The position numbers and the translations under genes are program-made. The notes beneath the pieces were generated by a model. That model ran no database searches, had not been told where the DNA came from, and saw only the letters and a program-made list of their open reading frames with translations. A DNA stretch of 61,442 bases, filler included. It is 5 parts of 5 records of this genome, joined end to end, with 100 filler letters (N's around TTAATTAATTAA, not from the genome) between each part and the next. Parts side by side here need not be neighbours in the genome. Positions count along the whole stretch, not along the records: positions 35,161 to 50,474 come from SRR20825006_1505; 4 more parts are not named here. One strand, given 5' to 3'. Position 1 is the first letter of the stretch. Every line of letters starts with the position of its first letter. Below are positions 37,715 through 48,441 of this stretch, piece by piece.

Positions 37715-38467
37715 TCAGGCCATCATCCCGCCGTCCATGTCATCCCCCGTCTCGATCTGCAACCGATCGAAATCCGGGATGATCACTCTACGTTTGCCTT
37801 CCAGCGTAATGATTCCCTCGCGTTTGAGCGCCGAAATCTGCCGCGACACGGTTTCAAGCGTCAGACCAAGGTAGTCCGCCATCGCCTCGCGGGTCAGCGG
37901 CAATTCAAACATCATGCCATCGCCCGTGCTCTTCAGCGCCAGCGAGGATTCGCGCCGGGCGATGATCGCCAGCAGAGATGCAATTTTTTCCCGCGCAGTT
38001 TTACGACCGAGGATCAGCATCCACTCGCGGGCCGCATCGAGTTCGTCCAACGTCATCTCCAAAAGGCGCTGTGCGATATGCGGTGTGCGCGTCATCAGCG
38101 CTTCAAAAGGTTTACGACGAAAACAACAAAGTGTGAGGTTGGAGACGGCAGCCACATCATATGGGGCAACGTCGCGCCCCGGACGCCCCAGAAAATCAGA
38201 GGGCAACAACAGCCCAACCATCTGGGTGCGCCCGTCTTCCATGGCTTGGCTCAAAGAGGCCACGCCGGTGACCACGGAGGCCACAAAATCCATGCGATCC
38301 CCGGACCAGACAATGGGTTGGCCCGCTTCATAGGAGCGATAGTATTTGATGGAATCGAGCTCATTGAGCTCATCTGTCTCGCACCGGGCACAGACAGCCC
38401 GGTGACGGATCGGACAGGACCCACACTCTTTGTGGTCGAATACAATGTCACTCATAGGTGCGCTCAC
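37715..38467 (-). CDS. fnrL: O2-sensing Crp/Fnr regulator
   Basis: N-terminal CxxC...C cluster ligands, ADYLGLTLETVSR HTH; ccoN-usp-fnrL-hemN synteny. Confidence 0.95.
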   Translation of the reverse strand: MSAPMSDIVFDHKECGSCPIRHRAVCARCETDELNELDSIKYYRSYEAGQPIVWSGDRMDFVASVVTGVASLSQAMEDGRTQMVGLLLPSDFLGRPGRDVAPYDVAAVSNLTLCCFRRKPFEALMTRTPHIAQRLLEMTLDELDAAREWMLILGRKTAREKIASLLAIIARRESSLALKSTGDGMMFELPLTREAMADYLGLTLETVSRQISALKREGIITLEGKRRVIIPDFDRLQIETGDDMDGGMMA

Positions 38468-38472
38468 GTTTT

Positions 38473-38486
38473 TTGATCTGGGTCAA
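38473..38486. promoter_or_regulatory. FNR/FnrL box between divergent fnrL and hemN
   Basis: TTGAT-CTGG-GTCAA. Confidence 0.8.
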
Positions 38487-38521
38487 TGCGCCCAATCTTA
38501 GTTCCACTAGATCGTATCCTC

Positions 38522-39877
38522 ATGAACACGCACACGCAACTCCGCAAGCTTGGCCTTTTTGACGCTCGTGTCCCCCGGTACACGAGCTATCCAACCGCAC
38601 CCCATTTTTCTGACGCCACAAACGCCGGGGATGTGGAAGGTTGGCTCAAGGCTCTGGACCCGTCTCAGCCGATCTCTCTTTACATCCATGTGCCGTTTTG
38701 TCGACGCCTGTGCTGGTTCTGTGCGTGTCGCACGCAGGGCACAACGACAGCTGGCCCTGTGGCCGCCTATGTCGAGACGCTCAAGACGGAATTGTCGCTT
38801 TTGAAAGCACACATCCCGGAGGGGATTCAAATCGGCCATTTGCATTGGGGTGGCGGGACGCCAACGCTGCTTGGCGCCGAAATGATCGCCGATCTCTCCG
38901 CGGCGATCCATGATCTGGCCCCTTTTAGCGAGCGTTATGAATTTTCCGTCGAGGTTGATCCCAACGAGGTCGATGACGCGCGTTTGGACGCGCTGGCCGC
39001 CGCCGGGATGAACCGCGCCTCAATCGGGGTGCAGGATTTCGACCCCGCCATTCAGGAAACCATCGGTCGCATTCAGTCCTATGAGATCACCAAAGCCGCC
39101 GTCGATGGGCTGCGCGCGCGAGGGATTTCCTCGCTCAACGCCGATATTTTATACGGCCTGCCCGGACAGACCCCGGAAAAAATCGCCGAAAGCGTTCAAA
39201 AGCTCCTGACCCTCTCGCCGGACCGGGTCGCCTTGTTTGGCTACGCCCATGTGCCCTGGATGGCGCGGCGGCAAAACATGATCCCAACCGACCAATTGCC
39301 CCGGCCCGAAGAGCGGCTGGACCTGTTCAACGTGGCGCGGGACCTGTTTGTCTGGGACGATTACGTCGAGATTGGCATCGACCATTTCGCCAAGAAAGGC
39401 GACGGTCTTGAGGTCGCGTTGCGTACAGGGACATTGCATCGCAATTTCCAAGGCTACACCGACGACAAATGCCCGACCATGGTCGGCGTGGGGGCCTCTT
39501 CGATTGCCAAATACCCGCAAGGATTCGCCCAAAACCACCCCGCCACGTCAAAATATCAAGCCGCAGTGCGCGCTGGCATTTTGCCCATCGCCAAGGGCCA
39601 TACCTTCAGCGCCGAAGACCATTTGCGCGGTCGGATCATTGAGGCATTGATGTGTGATTTCCGGGTCGAAGCTGCCGAATTGATCCAAAACTATGGCCTG
39701 TCGCAAGCCGGATTTGATGCCTTTGCCAAAAGTGTAAGTGACGCGTTTCCCGAGATGCTCGCAACCTCGCCGGAGCGAATTGTCATCCTTGACGTGGCCC
39801 GCCCACTCACCCGGATGATCGCCCGCCATTTTGACGCCTATGACATGACACAGGCCAAGCATTCCTCCGCCGTCTGA
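38522..39877 (+). CDS. hemN: oxygen-independent coproporphyrinogen III oxidase
   Basis: PRYTSYPTA, CxxxCxxC, GGGTP and RNFQGY motifs. Confidence 0.96.
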   Translation: MNTHTQLRKLGLFDARVPRYTSYPTAPHFSDATNAGDVEGWLKALDPSQPISLYIHVPFCRRLCWFCACRTQGTTTAGPVAAYVETLKTELSLLKAHIPEGIQIGHLHWGGGTPTLLGAEMIADLSAAIHDLAPFSERYEFSVEVDPNEVDDARLDALAAAGMNRASIGVQDFDPAIQETIGRIQSYEITKAAVDGLRARGISSLNADILYGLPGQTPEKIAESVQKLLTLSPDRVALFGYAHVPWMARRQNMIPTDQLPRPEERLDLFNVARDLFVWDDYVEIGIDHFAKKGDGLEVALRTGTLHRNFQGYTDDKCPTMVGVGASSIAKYPQGFAQNHPATSKYQAAVRAGILPIAKGHTFSAEDHLRGRIIEALMCDFRVEAAELIQNYGLSQAGFDAFAKSVSDAFPEMLATSPERIVILDVARPLTRMIARHFDAYDMTQAKHSSAV

Positions 39878-40034
39878 TCGCAACAGACCCTGATGTGTCC
39901 CAGATCCGTCCTTGCTCCCCCGCAGGGACGGATTTTGTTCGGCGCGGGGTTTGGCACAATAGTTGACAGCGTCCCAGACTTGCCAAACCGCGCATTTTCC
40001 ACGACACCGCGAGGACCAAACACCGGAGCGACCG

Positions 40035-41429
40035 ATGGACCTCATAGACCGCCTGCGCGCGATCACACCGCATGTTTTGACCGGGCCTGACGCCCTGCCC
40101 TATGGCCGCGACTGGGTTGGCAAATATGTGACCACGCCTTTGGCCGTGGTGCGCCCAAACACAACCGCCGAGGTTTCCGCCATCATGGCGCTGGCGCATG
40201 AGACGGGCACGCCCGTTGTCCCGATGGGAGGCAACACCGGATTGACCGGCGCGACCGCCGCCGAGGGGGCTTTGATCCTCTCGCTGGAGCGGATGACCCG
40301 TATTCGCGAGATCCGCCCAGAGGCCCGGATCGCCGTGGTTGAGGCCGGGGTGATCCTGCAAGACCTCCACATCGCCACCGAAGCACAGGGTCTCAGCTAC
40401 CCAATGACGTTTGGCGCCAAAGGATCGGCGCGGATCGGCGGCACATTGGCCACCAATGCCGGCGGCTCCAATGTTTTGCGCTATGGCAACACCCGCGATC
40501 TCTGCCTTGGGATTGAGGTGGTCTTGGCCGACGGGCGTGTGCTTGATCTGACGAGCGAGCTGCACAAGGACAATTCCGGCTATGACCTGCGCGATCTGAT
40601 GATTGGCGCAGAGGGCACATTGGGCGTGATCACCGCCGCCGTGTTGAAACTCACCCCCCTGCCGCAGGCCTACGCCACCGCCATGGTCACCGTGCCGTCC
40701 CTGCCGGATGCGTTGCAGCTTTTGAACCGGTTACAAGAACACACTGGCGGCATGGTCGAGGCATTTGAATATATGCCGCGCGACTACCTGACCCGTCTGG
40801 CGCAGTTTCGCGCCGATCTGATCCCGCCTTTGGGACATGACGTGGACCACATGATTTTCTTGGAAATCGCCTCCACCGTGCCGCGCGATTGTAGCGTGGA
40901 TGACACCGGCCAAGTGCCCCTTCTGAGCGCGCTGGAAGAGATATTGGGCGAGATGTTTGAAGACGGCTTGGTCTTGGACGCCGCTTTGGCCGGGTCCGTG
41001 GCACAGCGGCGATTGATGTGGGAGATTCGCGAAGCTGCGGCGGAAATCTCGGTCAACACCAAGCCTTTGGTGATCAATGACCTTTGCCTGCCCGTCGATC
41101 AGATCGAAACCTTCCTCAGCCGTGCCGAGGCGCGCCTGAAACCGCTTGATCCCGGTGTGACCTCTTGCACGGTCAGCCATCTGGGTGATGGCAATGTCCA
41201 TTATACGATTTACCCGTCGACGGCGGCGCTGTGCGACCCGTTGATGGAGGCGGTGGAGGACATTGTCCAAGACATGCGCGGCAGTTTCTCCGCCGAACAT
41301 GGCATCGGTTTGGGCAAGCTCAGTTCGATGCAGCGACGCAAAGACCCTGTCGCGCTGGACATGATGCGCGCCGTGAAAGCCGCGTTTGATCCGAAAGGGA
41401 TTTTGAATCCGGGCAAGACCCTGCCCTAG
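40035..41429 (+). CDS. FAD-binding oxidoreductase (D-2-hydroxyacid dehydrogenase/GlcD family)
   Basis: GGNTGL, TNAGG, GAEGTLG, HLGDGNVH, SAEHGIG and DP.GILNPGK motifs. Confidence 0.9.
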   Translation: MDLIDRLRAITPHVLTGPDALPYGRDWVGKYVTTPLAVVRPNTTAEVSAIMALAHETGTPVVPMGGNTGLTGATAAEGALILSLERMTRIREIRPEARIAVVEAGVILQDLHIATEAQGLSYPMTFGAKGSARIGGTLATNAGGSNVLRYGNTRDLCLGIEVVLADGRVLDLTSELHKDNSGYDLRDLMIGAEGTLGVITAAVLKLTPLPQAYATAMVTVPSLPDALQLLNRLQEHTGGMVEAFEYMPRDYLTRLAQFRADLIPPLGHDVDHMIFLEIASTVPRDCSVDDTGQVPLLSALEEILGEMFEDGLVLDAALAGSVAQRRLMWEIREAAAEISVNTKPLVINDLCLPVDQIETFLSRAEARLKPLDPGVTSCTVSHLGDGNVHYTIYPSTAALCDPLMEAVEDIVQDMRGSFSAEHGIGLGKLSSMQRRKDPVALDMMRAVKAAFDPKGILNPGKTLP

Positions 41430-41439
41430 TCCAAGTCCT

Positions 41440-42384
41440 TTATTTCCAGTCGAAAAATCCTTCACCCGCTCGCTCAAGCAGTTTGGTCGCCATGTCCACG
41501 GCCATCTCTGGACCGTCCGAAATCGCGCCAGACACATCATCGCTGAGAGATTCGGAGCCATCGCTGCGCAGGATTTCCCCACGCAGACGCAAGCTGCCCC
41601 CAACAATTTGTGCCAACCCGGCAATCGGGGTTTGGCAGGAGCCGTCAAGCTTAGCCAAAAACGCCCGTTCACAGGCCAAAGCCTGCCCCGTGGGCGCGTG
41701 ATGAATGGCGGCAAGCATGTCTGCGATGTGATGATCCGCCGCACGGCGCTCAATCGAAATCGCGCCTTGGGCGACGGCGGGCAGCATCTCTTCGGCCGTG
41801 ACCGCCACGCGTGGCACATCGTCAAAGCCTAGACGGTTAAGCCCCGCAAGCGCCAAAAACGTCGCATCCGCCACGCCATCTTTGAGCTTTTGCAACCGGG
41901 TTTGCACCGAGCCGCGAAATTCGATGGCCTGAAGATCGGGGCGTTTGTTCAACAATTGCGCTTTGCGGCGCAGGGACGACGAGCCGACCACAGCGCCCTG
42001 CGGCAAATCCGCAAGCGCGCGCCCATCGAGCGTGATGAAGGCGTCAAAGGGATTTTCACGCGGCAGATAGGTATCAAGCACCAGCCCCTCGGGCTGTTCC
42101 ACCGACATATCTTTGGTCGAATGCACGGCAATGTCGACCTCGCCATTCAAAAGCCGATCTTCGATCTCTTTTGAAAACAACCCCTTACCACCCAACTCGC
42201 GCAGGGCGCGGTCTTGAACTCGATCGCCACGGGTCGAAATGGACACAATCTGAAACGCCTCACGCGGCAGATCAAACGCCTTCATGAGGCGCTCGCGCGT
42301 CTCATGGGCCTGCGCCAGCGCAAGCGGGGAACCACGGGTGCCAATTTTCAGCGGTTGAGCGGGGGTCGGGAGTGTGAGTGTCAT
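41440..42384 (-). CDS. hemC: hydroxymethylbilane synthase
   Basis: IGTRGSPLA, GGKGLF.KE, SSSLRR and DGSC.TP motifs. Confidence 0.96.
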   Translation of the reverse strand: MTLTLPTPAQPLKIGTRGSPLALAQAHETRERLMKAFDLPREAFQIVSISTRGDRVQDRALRELGGKGLFSKEIEDRLLNGEVDIAVHSTKDMSVEQPEGLVLDTYLPRENPFDAFITLDGRALADLPQGAVVGSSSLRRKAQLLNKRPDLQAIEFRGSVQTRLQKLKDGVADATFLALAGLNRLGFDDVPRVAVTAEEMLPAVAQGAISIERRAADHHIADMLAAIHHAPTGQALACERAFLAKLDGSCQTPIAGLAQIVGGSLRLRGEILRSDGSESLSDDVSGAISDGPEMAVDMATKLLERAGEGFFDWK

Positions 42385-42488
42385 GGCAAAGCCATACCTG
42401 CGGCGGATCATCCTGACAAGCCATGGCCGCTTGACAAAAGCCCGCAGGAAAGGGACCAACGCGGGGACACACAACCGGGAGGCCGCAG

Positions 42489-43523
42489 ATGTCCGAAAAA
42501 ACGATCCTCAAAGCGCTCAAAGGCGAGACGCAACAGGTTCCGCCGATTTGGATGATGCGGCAAGCTGGTCGCTACCTGCCGGAATATCGCGCCACGCGCG
42601 CACAGGCCGGGGATTTCCTCAGCCTGTGTTACAACCCGGAACTGGCCGCCGAAGTGACGCTGCAACCGATCCGCCGCTTTGGCTTTGACGCGGCGATCCT
42701 GTTTGCCGATATTTTGCTTTTGCCACAAGCCTTGGGGGCCGACCTTTGGTTTGTCACCGGCGAAGGTCCGCGCCTGTCGACCATCACCTCAGAGGCAGAT
42801 TTTACGCCGATGAAGGGCAAAGATGACATCCACGAGGTGCTCGCCCCGGTCTACGAGACGGTCAAAATTCTCTCGCGTGAATTACCAAAAGAGACCACAT
42901 TGATTGGCTTTGCCGGTGCGCCCTGGACGGTTGCGACCTATATGATCGCGGGTCGCGGCACCCCGGATCAAGGCCCCGCCCATGCCCTGCGCGAGGGCAA
43001 TAACGCCCTCTTTGAAAAGATCATCGACCTGTTGACGGTGAGCACCATCGAATATCTCGACATGCAAATCCAAGCCGGTGCCGAAGTCGTCAAAATTTTC
43101 GACAGCTGGGCCGGGAGCCTCAAGGGCGAGGCGTTTGAAAAATACGCCGTCGAACCGACGCGCCGGATTACATCCGAATTGAAAAAACGCCATCCGGGCA
43201 TTCCGGTCATCGGATTCCCACGCGAAGCGGGCGATGGCTACATCGGCTTTCACGCCAAAACCGGTGTCGATTGCGTCGCCTTGGACAATTCTGTGACGCC
43301 TGAATGGGGCGCGGAACATGTCCAAACAGACGGCTGCGTTCAGGGCAATCTGGCATCAAGCCACATGGTCACAGGTGGCCAAGGCCTGATCGACGAAGTG
43401 CGCCATGTCCGTGACGCTTTCTCCAAAGGTCCGCATATCTTCAACCTCGGTCACGGCATCACACCAGACGCCGACCCGGACAATGTGTCTTTGATGATCG
43501 AGACCCTTCGGGAAACGCGTTAA
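42489..43523 (+). CDS. hemE: uroporphyrinogen decarboxylase
   Basis: [25 protein letters not shown] and NLGHG motifs. Confidence 0.97.
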   Translation: MSEKTILKALKGETQQVPPIWMMRQAGRYLPEYRATRAQAGDFLSLCYNPELAAEVTLQPIRRFGFDAAILFADILLLPQALGADLWFVTGEGPRLSTITSEADFTPMKGKDDIHEVLAPVYETVKILSRELPKETTLIGFAGAPWTVATYMIAGRGTPDQGPAHALREGNNALFEKIIDLLTVSTIEYLDMQIQAGAEVVKIFDSWAGSLKGEAFEKYAVEPTRRITSELKKRHPGIPVIGFPREAGDGYIGFHAKTGVDCVALDNSVTPEWGAEHVQTDGCVQGNLASSHMVTGGQGLIDEVRHVRDAFSKGPHIFNLGHGITPDADPDNVSLMIETLRETR

Positions 43524-43575
43524 CACAGCTCGCGATTGATTTCGCACGTTGAGAAGCATCTCAAGCGGGATATTC

Positions 43576-43605
43576 TCTCCTCAGATTTTAATCAATTTGA
43601 GGAGA
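43576..43605 (+). promoter_or_regulatory. stem-loop covering the RBS of the RTX gene
   Basis: tctcctcagatt / aatttgaggaga, 12-bp stem with one G-U pair, containing GAGGAG. Confidence 0.5.
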
Positions 43606-43612
43606 TCTCGAT

Positions 43613-46096
43613 ATGAGCACGGAATCCATTACGGTGTCATTGCCTCTGGGTGAAGCGGTCACTAAAGACCATTTCGGCGTGAACTTCGTCGATGCCTTTG
43701 ATCGCGTCCAACACGAGGGCAATGCCGCAGGACTCTCGGATTTTCTTGAAGATACTCAGAATGGGACTGAAGGCCTGAATGGTATGGGCCTCACGTCCCT
43801 CCGTTGGCCGGGTGGCGCGGATATCGAAAGATATGCGCTGAACGTGGACGCCAATGGTGCCGTCGATCTGGCTCCCAAAGAGGACATTACCGGACAAGAG
43901 CAACTGAACATCGCGCTTTTGGAGGACTTCCTTGAATTTTGTGGGGACAACAGGGTGTCCGCAAAAATCATCATTCCAACCGAATGGTTGACCGACAGCC
44001 AATATGCCAGCCCAGGTCAGGTTGCGACGGACATCACACAAGTGGAAATTGATGCCGTCGCAGCCTTTGTCGCCAAAGTGATGGAGATCGCGCAAAACAC
44101 GGGCGCAACCATCGACGGCTTTGAAATCGGCAATGAATATCGCGGCGTCTACACAGCCCAAGGCTATAGCGCAGTGCTCAACGCGCTCGTCCCAGCCATT
44201 GATGATGTCCTAGGCGATGGGGCCGATGCGCCAGACATCATCGCCCAAATGTCGATCGACACAAAAGATGGCAGCAATGTTTCCCTTGATGATTTCGCAA
44301 CTCAAAATATCAACGGCGTGCTTGAAAAGCTTGATGCGGGGGTCGCCGATATGATCGACGGCCTTGCCTCACATTTCTATTACCAAGACGGTCAACAATC
44401 CACGACGGATACAACGGGCGAGTGGCGTCACAGCTACGACAACATAGACGATCTTGTGGCAAAGTTCGCAGATATGGCGGCCGAGTGGGGCGAGGACATG
44501 GATTTGCATCTCAGCGAATGGGGCGTGCAACACACCGCCCTCTCTGATGATGCGCGCTATTGGGGCTTGATGCAGTTGGCCCCAACATTGGAAATCTTCT
44601 CCGCGATGATGAAACATGGCATCGACAGCGCCGACATGTGGCCCCTTCTGTACCACACGACAGCCTTGGCCAATAACGGCGGCAAGCTCCGCCCGATTGG
44701 CATTCTGGTTGACCTGATGAATGACACTCTTGTGGGAAAAGAGGTGCTGGATGTGACAGCCGAGGGCGGGTCCAGCTTTGACATTCACGGGTTTATTGGC
44801 GGCGGAGAGGGCGCTGTTTTCCTGTCGTCCCTGTCCGACAGTCAGGACCAAGTCATAACCATCAACCTCGCGGATATGTACGCAATCGGGTACGGAACCG
44901 TGACGGTGCAAATCATTGGCGTTGATTACGCCCAAACCGACGGTGTCTACACGGGCGGCCACTATAACGAAGTTGATTTGGCCGCGTGGCAAGACCCCAA
45001 CACGCTTGGGACATTGAGCAGTGAGACCTACTTTGATCTCACCGAGATTTCAATCACCTTGGACGCCTACGAGGTCGCAGTGATCACCTATACCGCATAT
45101 GACGTGGTCGAAGAGGTCTCGGTTCAATTTAACGATGCCACATATGGGACTTCCTACAAATATTTGGAGGAAGCCGCGACCAACGACTATATCATTGGCT
45201 CTGATCTGCACAACTGGATCAAAACCGGGGCGGGTGATGACTATGTCCTCGGCGGTGACGCAAATGACAGCCTAAATCTCGGCGACGGGAACGATAAAGC
45301 CGAGGGCGGTGACGGCGCTGACTACATCTCCGGCGGATACGGCGCTGACTTGATCGTCGGGGGCCTCGGTGGAGATACTCTTCTTGGCGGTCATGGTGAT
45401 GACAACATATTGGGAGGCAATGGCGGCGACAAATTACATGGCGGCAACGACAATGATGCGTTGAACGGGGGGAGTGGCGCCGATCTTCTGGAGGGGGAAG
45501 CCGGCAACGACCGTCTGGTCGGAGAAGATGGCAATGACACCCTGATTGGCGGTGATGGAGTGGACACGCTGTATGGCGGTGTCGGGGACGATACGCTTTC
45601 CGGGGGCACCGGGAATGACACCCTGATCGGCAATGGTGAAAACGACATCCTGCATGGGGACGCGGGCGACGACGTTCTCAATGGCGGGCTTGGATACGAT
45701 AACCTCTACGGCGGCGACGGCGATGATCGCCTTGTCGGCGACAATGCAAGCGACAAACTTTGGGGCGAAGACGGAGACGACACCCTTTATGGCGGGTCCG
45801 GGAACGACCGACTTGATGGCGGCGTGGGCAATGACACGCTTGACGGTGGTGCAGGCAATGACACGTTTGTTTTTTCCGGTACGTTCCAAGTGGATCACAT
45901 CACCGACTTTGACGATAACGGAAATGATATCATTGATCTCAGCAATGTGGCCTCCATCACAAGTTGGAGTGATCTCAACAACGCGCATATGACTGAATCT
46001 GGCTCAAACGTCATCATTGATGCCGGCGGCGGCAACATCATCTACTTGGATAGCACCACCCTGAGCGATCTCAGCGCAAGCGATTTTATCTTTTGA
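43613..46096 (+). CDS. RTX (hemolysin-type Ca-binding) protein with N-terminal clan GH-A glycoside-hydrolase-like domain
   Basis: LRWPGG, FEIGNE and LSEWG motifs; about 24 GGxGxDxLx nonapeptides; C-terminal LSASDFIF T1SS-type end; no signal peptide. Confidence 0.85.
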   Translation: MSTESITVSLPLGEAVTKDHFGVNFVDAFDRVQHEGNAAGLSDFLEDTQNGTEGLNGMGLTSLRWPGGADIERYALNVDANGAVDLAPKEDITGQEQLNIALLEDFLEFCGDNRVSAKIIIPTEWLTDSQYASPGQVATDITQVEIDAVAAFVAKVMEIAQNTGATIDGFEIGNEYRGVYTAQGYSAVLNALVPAIDDVLGDGADAPDIIAQMSIDTKDGSNVSLDDFATQNINGVLEKLDAGVADMIDGLASHFYYQDGQQSTTDTTGEWRHSYDNIDDLVAKFADMAAEWGEDMDLHLSEWGVQHTALSDDARYWGLMQLAPTLEIFSAMMKHGIDSADMWPLLYHTTALANNGGKLRPIGILVDLMNDTLVGKEVLDVTAEGGSSFDIHGFIGGGEGAVFLSSLSDSQDQVITINLADMYAIGYGTVTVQIIGVDYAQTDGVYTGGHYNEVDLAAWQDPNTLGTLSSETYFDLTEISITLDAYEVAVITYTAYDVVEEVSVQFNDATYGTSYKYLEEAATNDYIIGSDLHNWIKTGAGDDYVLGGDANDSLNLGDGNDKAEGGDGADYISGGYGADLIVGGLGGDTLLGGHGDDNILGGNGGDKLHGGNDNDALNGGSGADLLEGEAGNDRLVGEDGNDTLIGGDGVDTLYGGVGDDTLSGGTGNDTLIGNGENDILHGDAGDDVLNGGLGYDNLYGGDGDDRLVGDNASDKLWGEDGDDTLYGGSGNDRLDGGVGNDTLDGGAGNDTFVFSGTFQVDHITDFDDNGNDIIDLSNVASITSWSDLNNAHMTESGSNVIIDAGGGNIIYLDSTTLSDLSASDFIF

Positions 46097-46145
46097 TCTC
46101 CAAATGGCCCCTTCCCGGGGCCCTCTCAATTCCTGTTCTATCGAC

Positions 46146-47063
46146 CTATACCCATTTCGCCATCGGCGGCAGGGACATCAAGACGGCGTTGGCGTCATGG
46201 CCCGTTTCCAAACCAAACTTGGTGCCCCGGTCATAGACGAGATTGTATTCGGCATAGAGGCCGCGATGGATCAGTTGTGTATCTTTGTCCGCCTCTGTCC
46301 ATGGCGTATCGCGGCGCTTTTCTGTCGCGCCTAAGAAGGCGGGCAAAAACGCCCGGCCCACGTCTTGGGTAAAGGCAAAATCCGCCTCCCAATCGCCCGT
46401 GTTGTGATCATCAAAAAAGATACCCCCCACGCCGCGCGCCCGACCGCGATGCGGGACATAGAAATACTCATCCGCCCACTCTTTGAAGCGCGGATAATAG
46501 TTCGGGTCGTGGCGATCACAGTGATGCTTTTGCACAGCGTGAAACGCCTCCGTGTCCTCGGCATATTCGATGCAAGGGTTCAAATCCGATCCGCCGCCAA
46601 ACCACCATGCATGCGGCGTCCAAAACATCCGTGTGTTCATGTGAACGGCGGGCGTATGCGGGTTTTGCATATGCGCGACAAGCGAAATCCCCGCCGCCCA
46701 AAACCGCGGATCTTCTTTCATCCCCGGAATGCCCTTGCGCGCGGCCATGGCCATTTGCGCCCGCTCGCCCAACTCACCGTAAACAGTGGAGATATTGACG
46801 CCGACCTTTTCAAACACCCGGCCCCCGCGCATCACTGACATCACGCCACCACCCGCATCAGAGCCGTCATCCGAGCTGCGCTTGGTCTCGGTGACCTCAA
46901 AACGCCCGGCGGGCAACTCTGCAAAAGGGCCTGTGGTTTGGCTGTCTTCGAGCGCCTCGAACGCGGCGACAATCTGATTGCGCAAATCCCGAAACCAAAG
47001 GGAGGCGCGGGATTTTTCGTCAATCATCTCTGGGCTCATCTCTTCGCGGGTATCTTGGCTCAT
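46146..47063 (-). CDS. hemF: oxygen-dependent coproporphyrinogen III oxidase
   Basis: FEKVGVN, HMNTR, WWFGGG.DL, RGVGGIFFD and EYNLVYDRGT.FGL motifs. Confidence 0.96.
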   Translation of the reverse strand: MSQDTREEMSPEMIDEKSRASLWFRDLRNQIVAAFEALEDSQTTGPFAELPAGRFEVTETKRSSDDGSDAGGGVMSVMRGGRVFEKVGVNISTVYGELGERAQMAMAARKGIPGMKEDPRFWAAGISLVAHMQNPHTPAVHMNTRMFWTPHAWWFGGGSDLNPCIEYAEDTEAFHAVQKHHCDRHDPNYYPRFKEWADEYFYVPHRGRARGVGGIFFDDHNTGDWEADFAFTQDVGRAFLPAFLGATEKRRDTPWTEADKDTQLIHRGLYAEYNLVYDRGTKFGLETGHDANAVLMSLPPMAKWV

Positions 47064-47201
47064 TCGGGCTGTCCTTTCCGGCGCATCATGTTGCGTCCAG
47101 AGGTAGCAGGAATGCGCTAAGAGCAGCAAGGGCAGTAAGATCCCTTCCCCCGCGCCAGAAAAAGCCTATGATATGGACAGAGTTGAAATGGAGATTTTCA
47201 A

Positions 47202-47576
47202 ATGCGTTGGCTTGCTCCCCTTATGCTTTTGCCGCTTGTCGCCGCCTGTTCCGAACAACAGATGTGCATTTCCCGCGCCACCAAAGATTTGCGTCAGGTC
47301 CAAAGCTTTATTTCCGAATCCGAGGGCAATCTCGCACGCGGCTATGCCTTGGTCGAAAAAGAATACATCGACTACGACATTGAGCGCTGCGGTGAAAATG
47401 CGGACGGTACACCCATTTACTGCCGCGTGCCCGACGTCGAAACCCGACGTGTTCCAAAAGCCATCGACCTTGATGCCGAAGCGGCAAAACTGGCGGCGCT
47501 GAAAAAGAAAGAGGCGCAATTGGCAGCACAGGCAGAGGCAGCGACTCAAGCCTGTGTGCAGCAATATCCGAGCTAA
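47202..47576 (+). CDS. small hypothetical lipoprotein
   Basis: Lipobox LVAAC, GGAG RBS, conserved-looking NL.RGYA and PKAID motifs. Confidence 0.8.
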   Translation: MRWLAPLMLLPLVAACSEQQMCISRATKDLRQVQSFISESEGNLARGYALVEKEYIDYDIERCGENADGTPIYCRVPDVETRRVPKAIDLDAEAAKLAALKKKEAQLAAQAEAATQACVQQYPS

Positions 47577-47598
47577 GAACGGTGAGAGCCTTTCGAAC

Positions 47599-48411
47599 TT
47601 AATGCGTGGGCGCGTGAACCGGATCAACCAGTGTGCGCCCGCCATCCAAGGTCAGGATTTGTCCGGTCATAAATCCAGAGGCCTCAGACACCAAATATTG
47701 TACGGTCTCGGCGATTTCTGAGGCCTGTGCGACCCGGCCCAGCGGCGTCTTAGAGATGATCTCATTTCGGTAATCAGGGTTTTCGGCCAACATCCCTTGC
47801 AGGCTTGCACTCATCACCGAGCCAAACGCCACGGCATTGACCCGAATGCGATTGGGCGCCAGGGCCACCGCCATGGAGCGGGTCAGTTGATCGACGGCGG
47901 CGGAGGAGACAGAAAAGGCCAAAAGCTCCGGTTGTGAACGGCGCGCGGCAATCGAGGACAGGTTCACGATCGAGCCGACGATGCCCTCGTCTTCGCTGCT
48001 TTTCTCAGATTGTTTGATCATCCATTTCGCCACCTGTTGCGTCAATCTGAGCGATGTCATCAGGTTTTGCTCGATCAAATGGGCAACATTGTCTTCCTCA
48101 ACGCACAAAGGGTCGCTCATCGCCACCTGACGCGAGGCGTTGATCAGAATGTCAACGCCATCAAAGGCATCAATCGTGGCAGACAACAGGTTGGCGATGG
48201 TCAGTTTTTCACGCAGATCTCCTGCGAAATATGCGATATGGCCATCATCCACGTTGGCCGCCTCACCGTATTGTTCAATCAGGCTGGCCTCATCGATATC
48301 GGCGCACATCACCCGCGCGCCCTGAGATTCGAAATGCCGTACAATCGCCAGACCAACGCCATTGGCCGCCCCGGTCACGATGGCGGTCTTGCCTTCAATC
48401 GAAAAGCTCAT
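47599..48411 (-). CDS. SDR-family oxidoreductase with atypical catalytic motif
   Basis: TGAANGVG, IVNLSS, IRVNAV, TPLGR and TGQIL.LDGG motifs. Confidence 0.9.
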   Translation of the reverse strand: MSFSIEGKTAIVTGAANGVGLAIVRHFESQGARVMCADIDEASLIEQYGEAANVDDGHIAYFAGDLREKLTIANLLSATIDAFDGVDILINASRQVAMSDPLCVEEDNVAHLIEQNLMTSLRLTQQVAKWMIKQSEKSSEDEGIVGSIVNLSSIAARRSQPELLAFSVSSAAVDQLTRSMAVALAPNRIRVNAVAFGSVMSASLQGMLAENPDYRNEIISKTPLGRVAQASEIAETVQYLVSEASGFMTGQILTLDGGRTLVDPVHAPTH

Positions 48412-48441
48412 CAGTCGTCTCCGCAATGTGTTAGCGCCATC

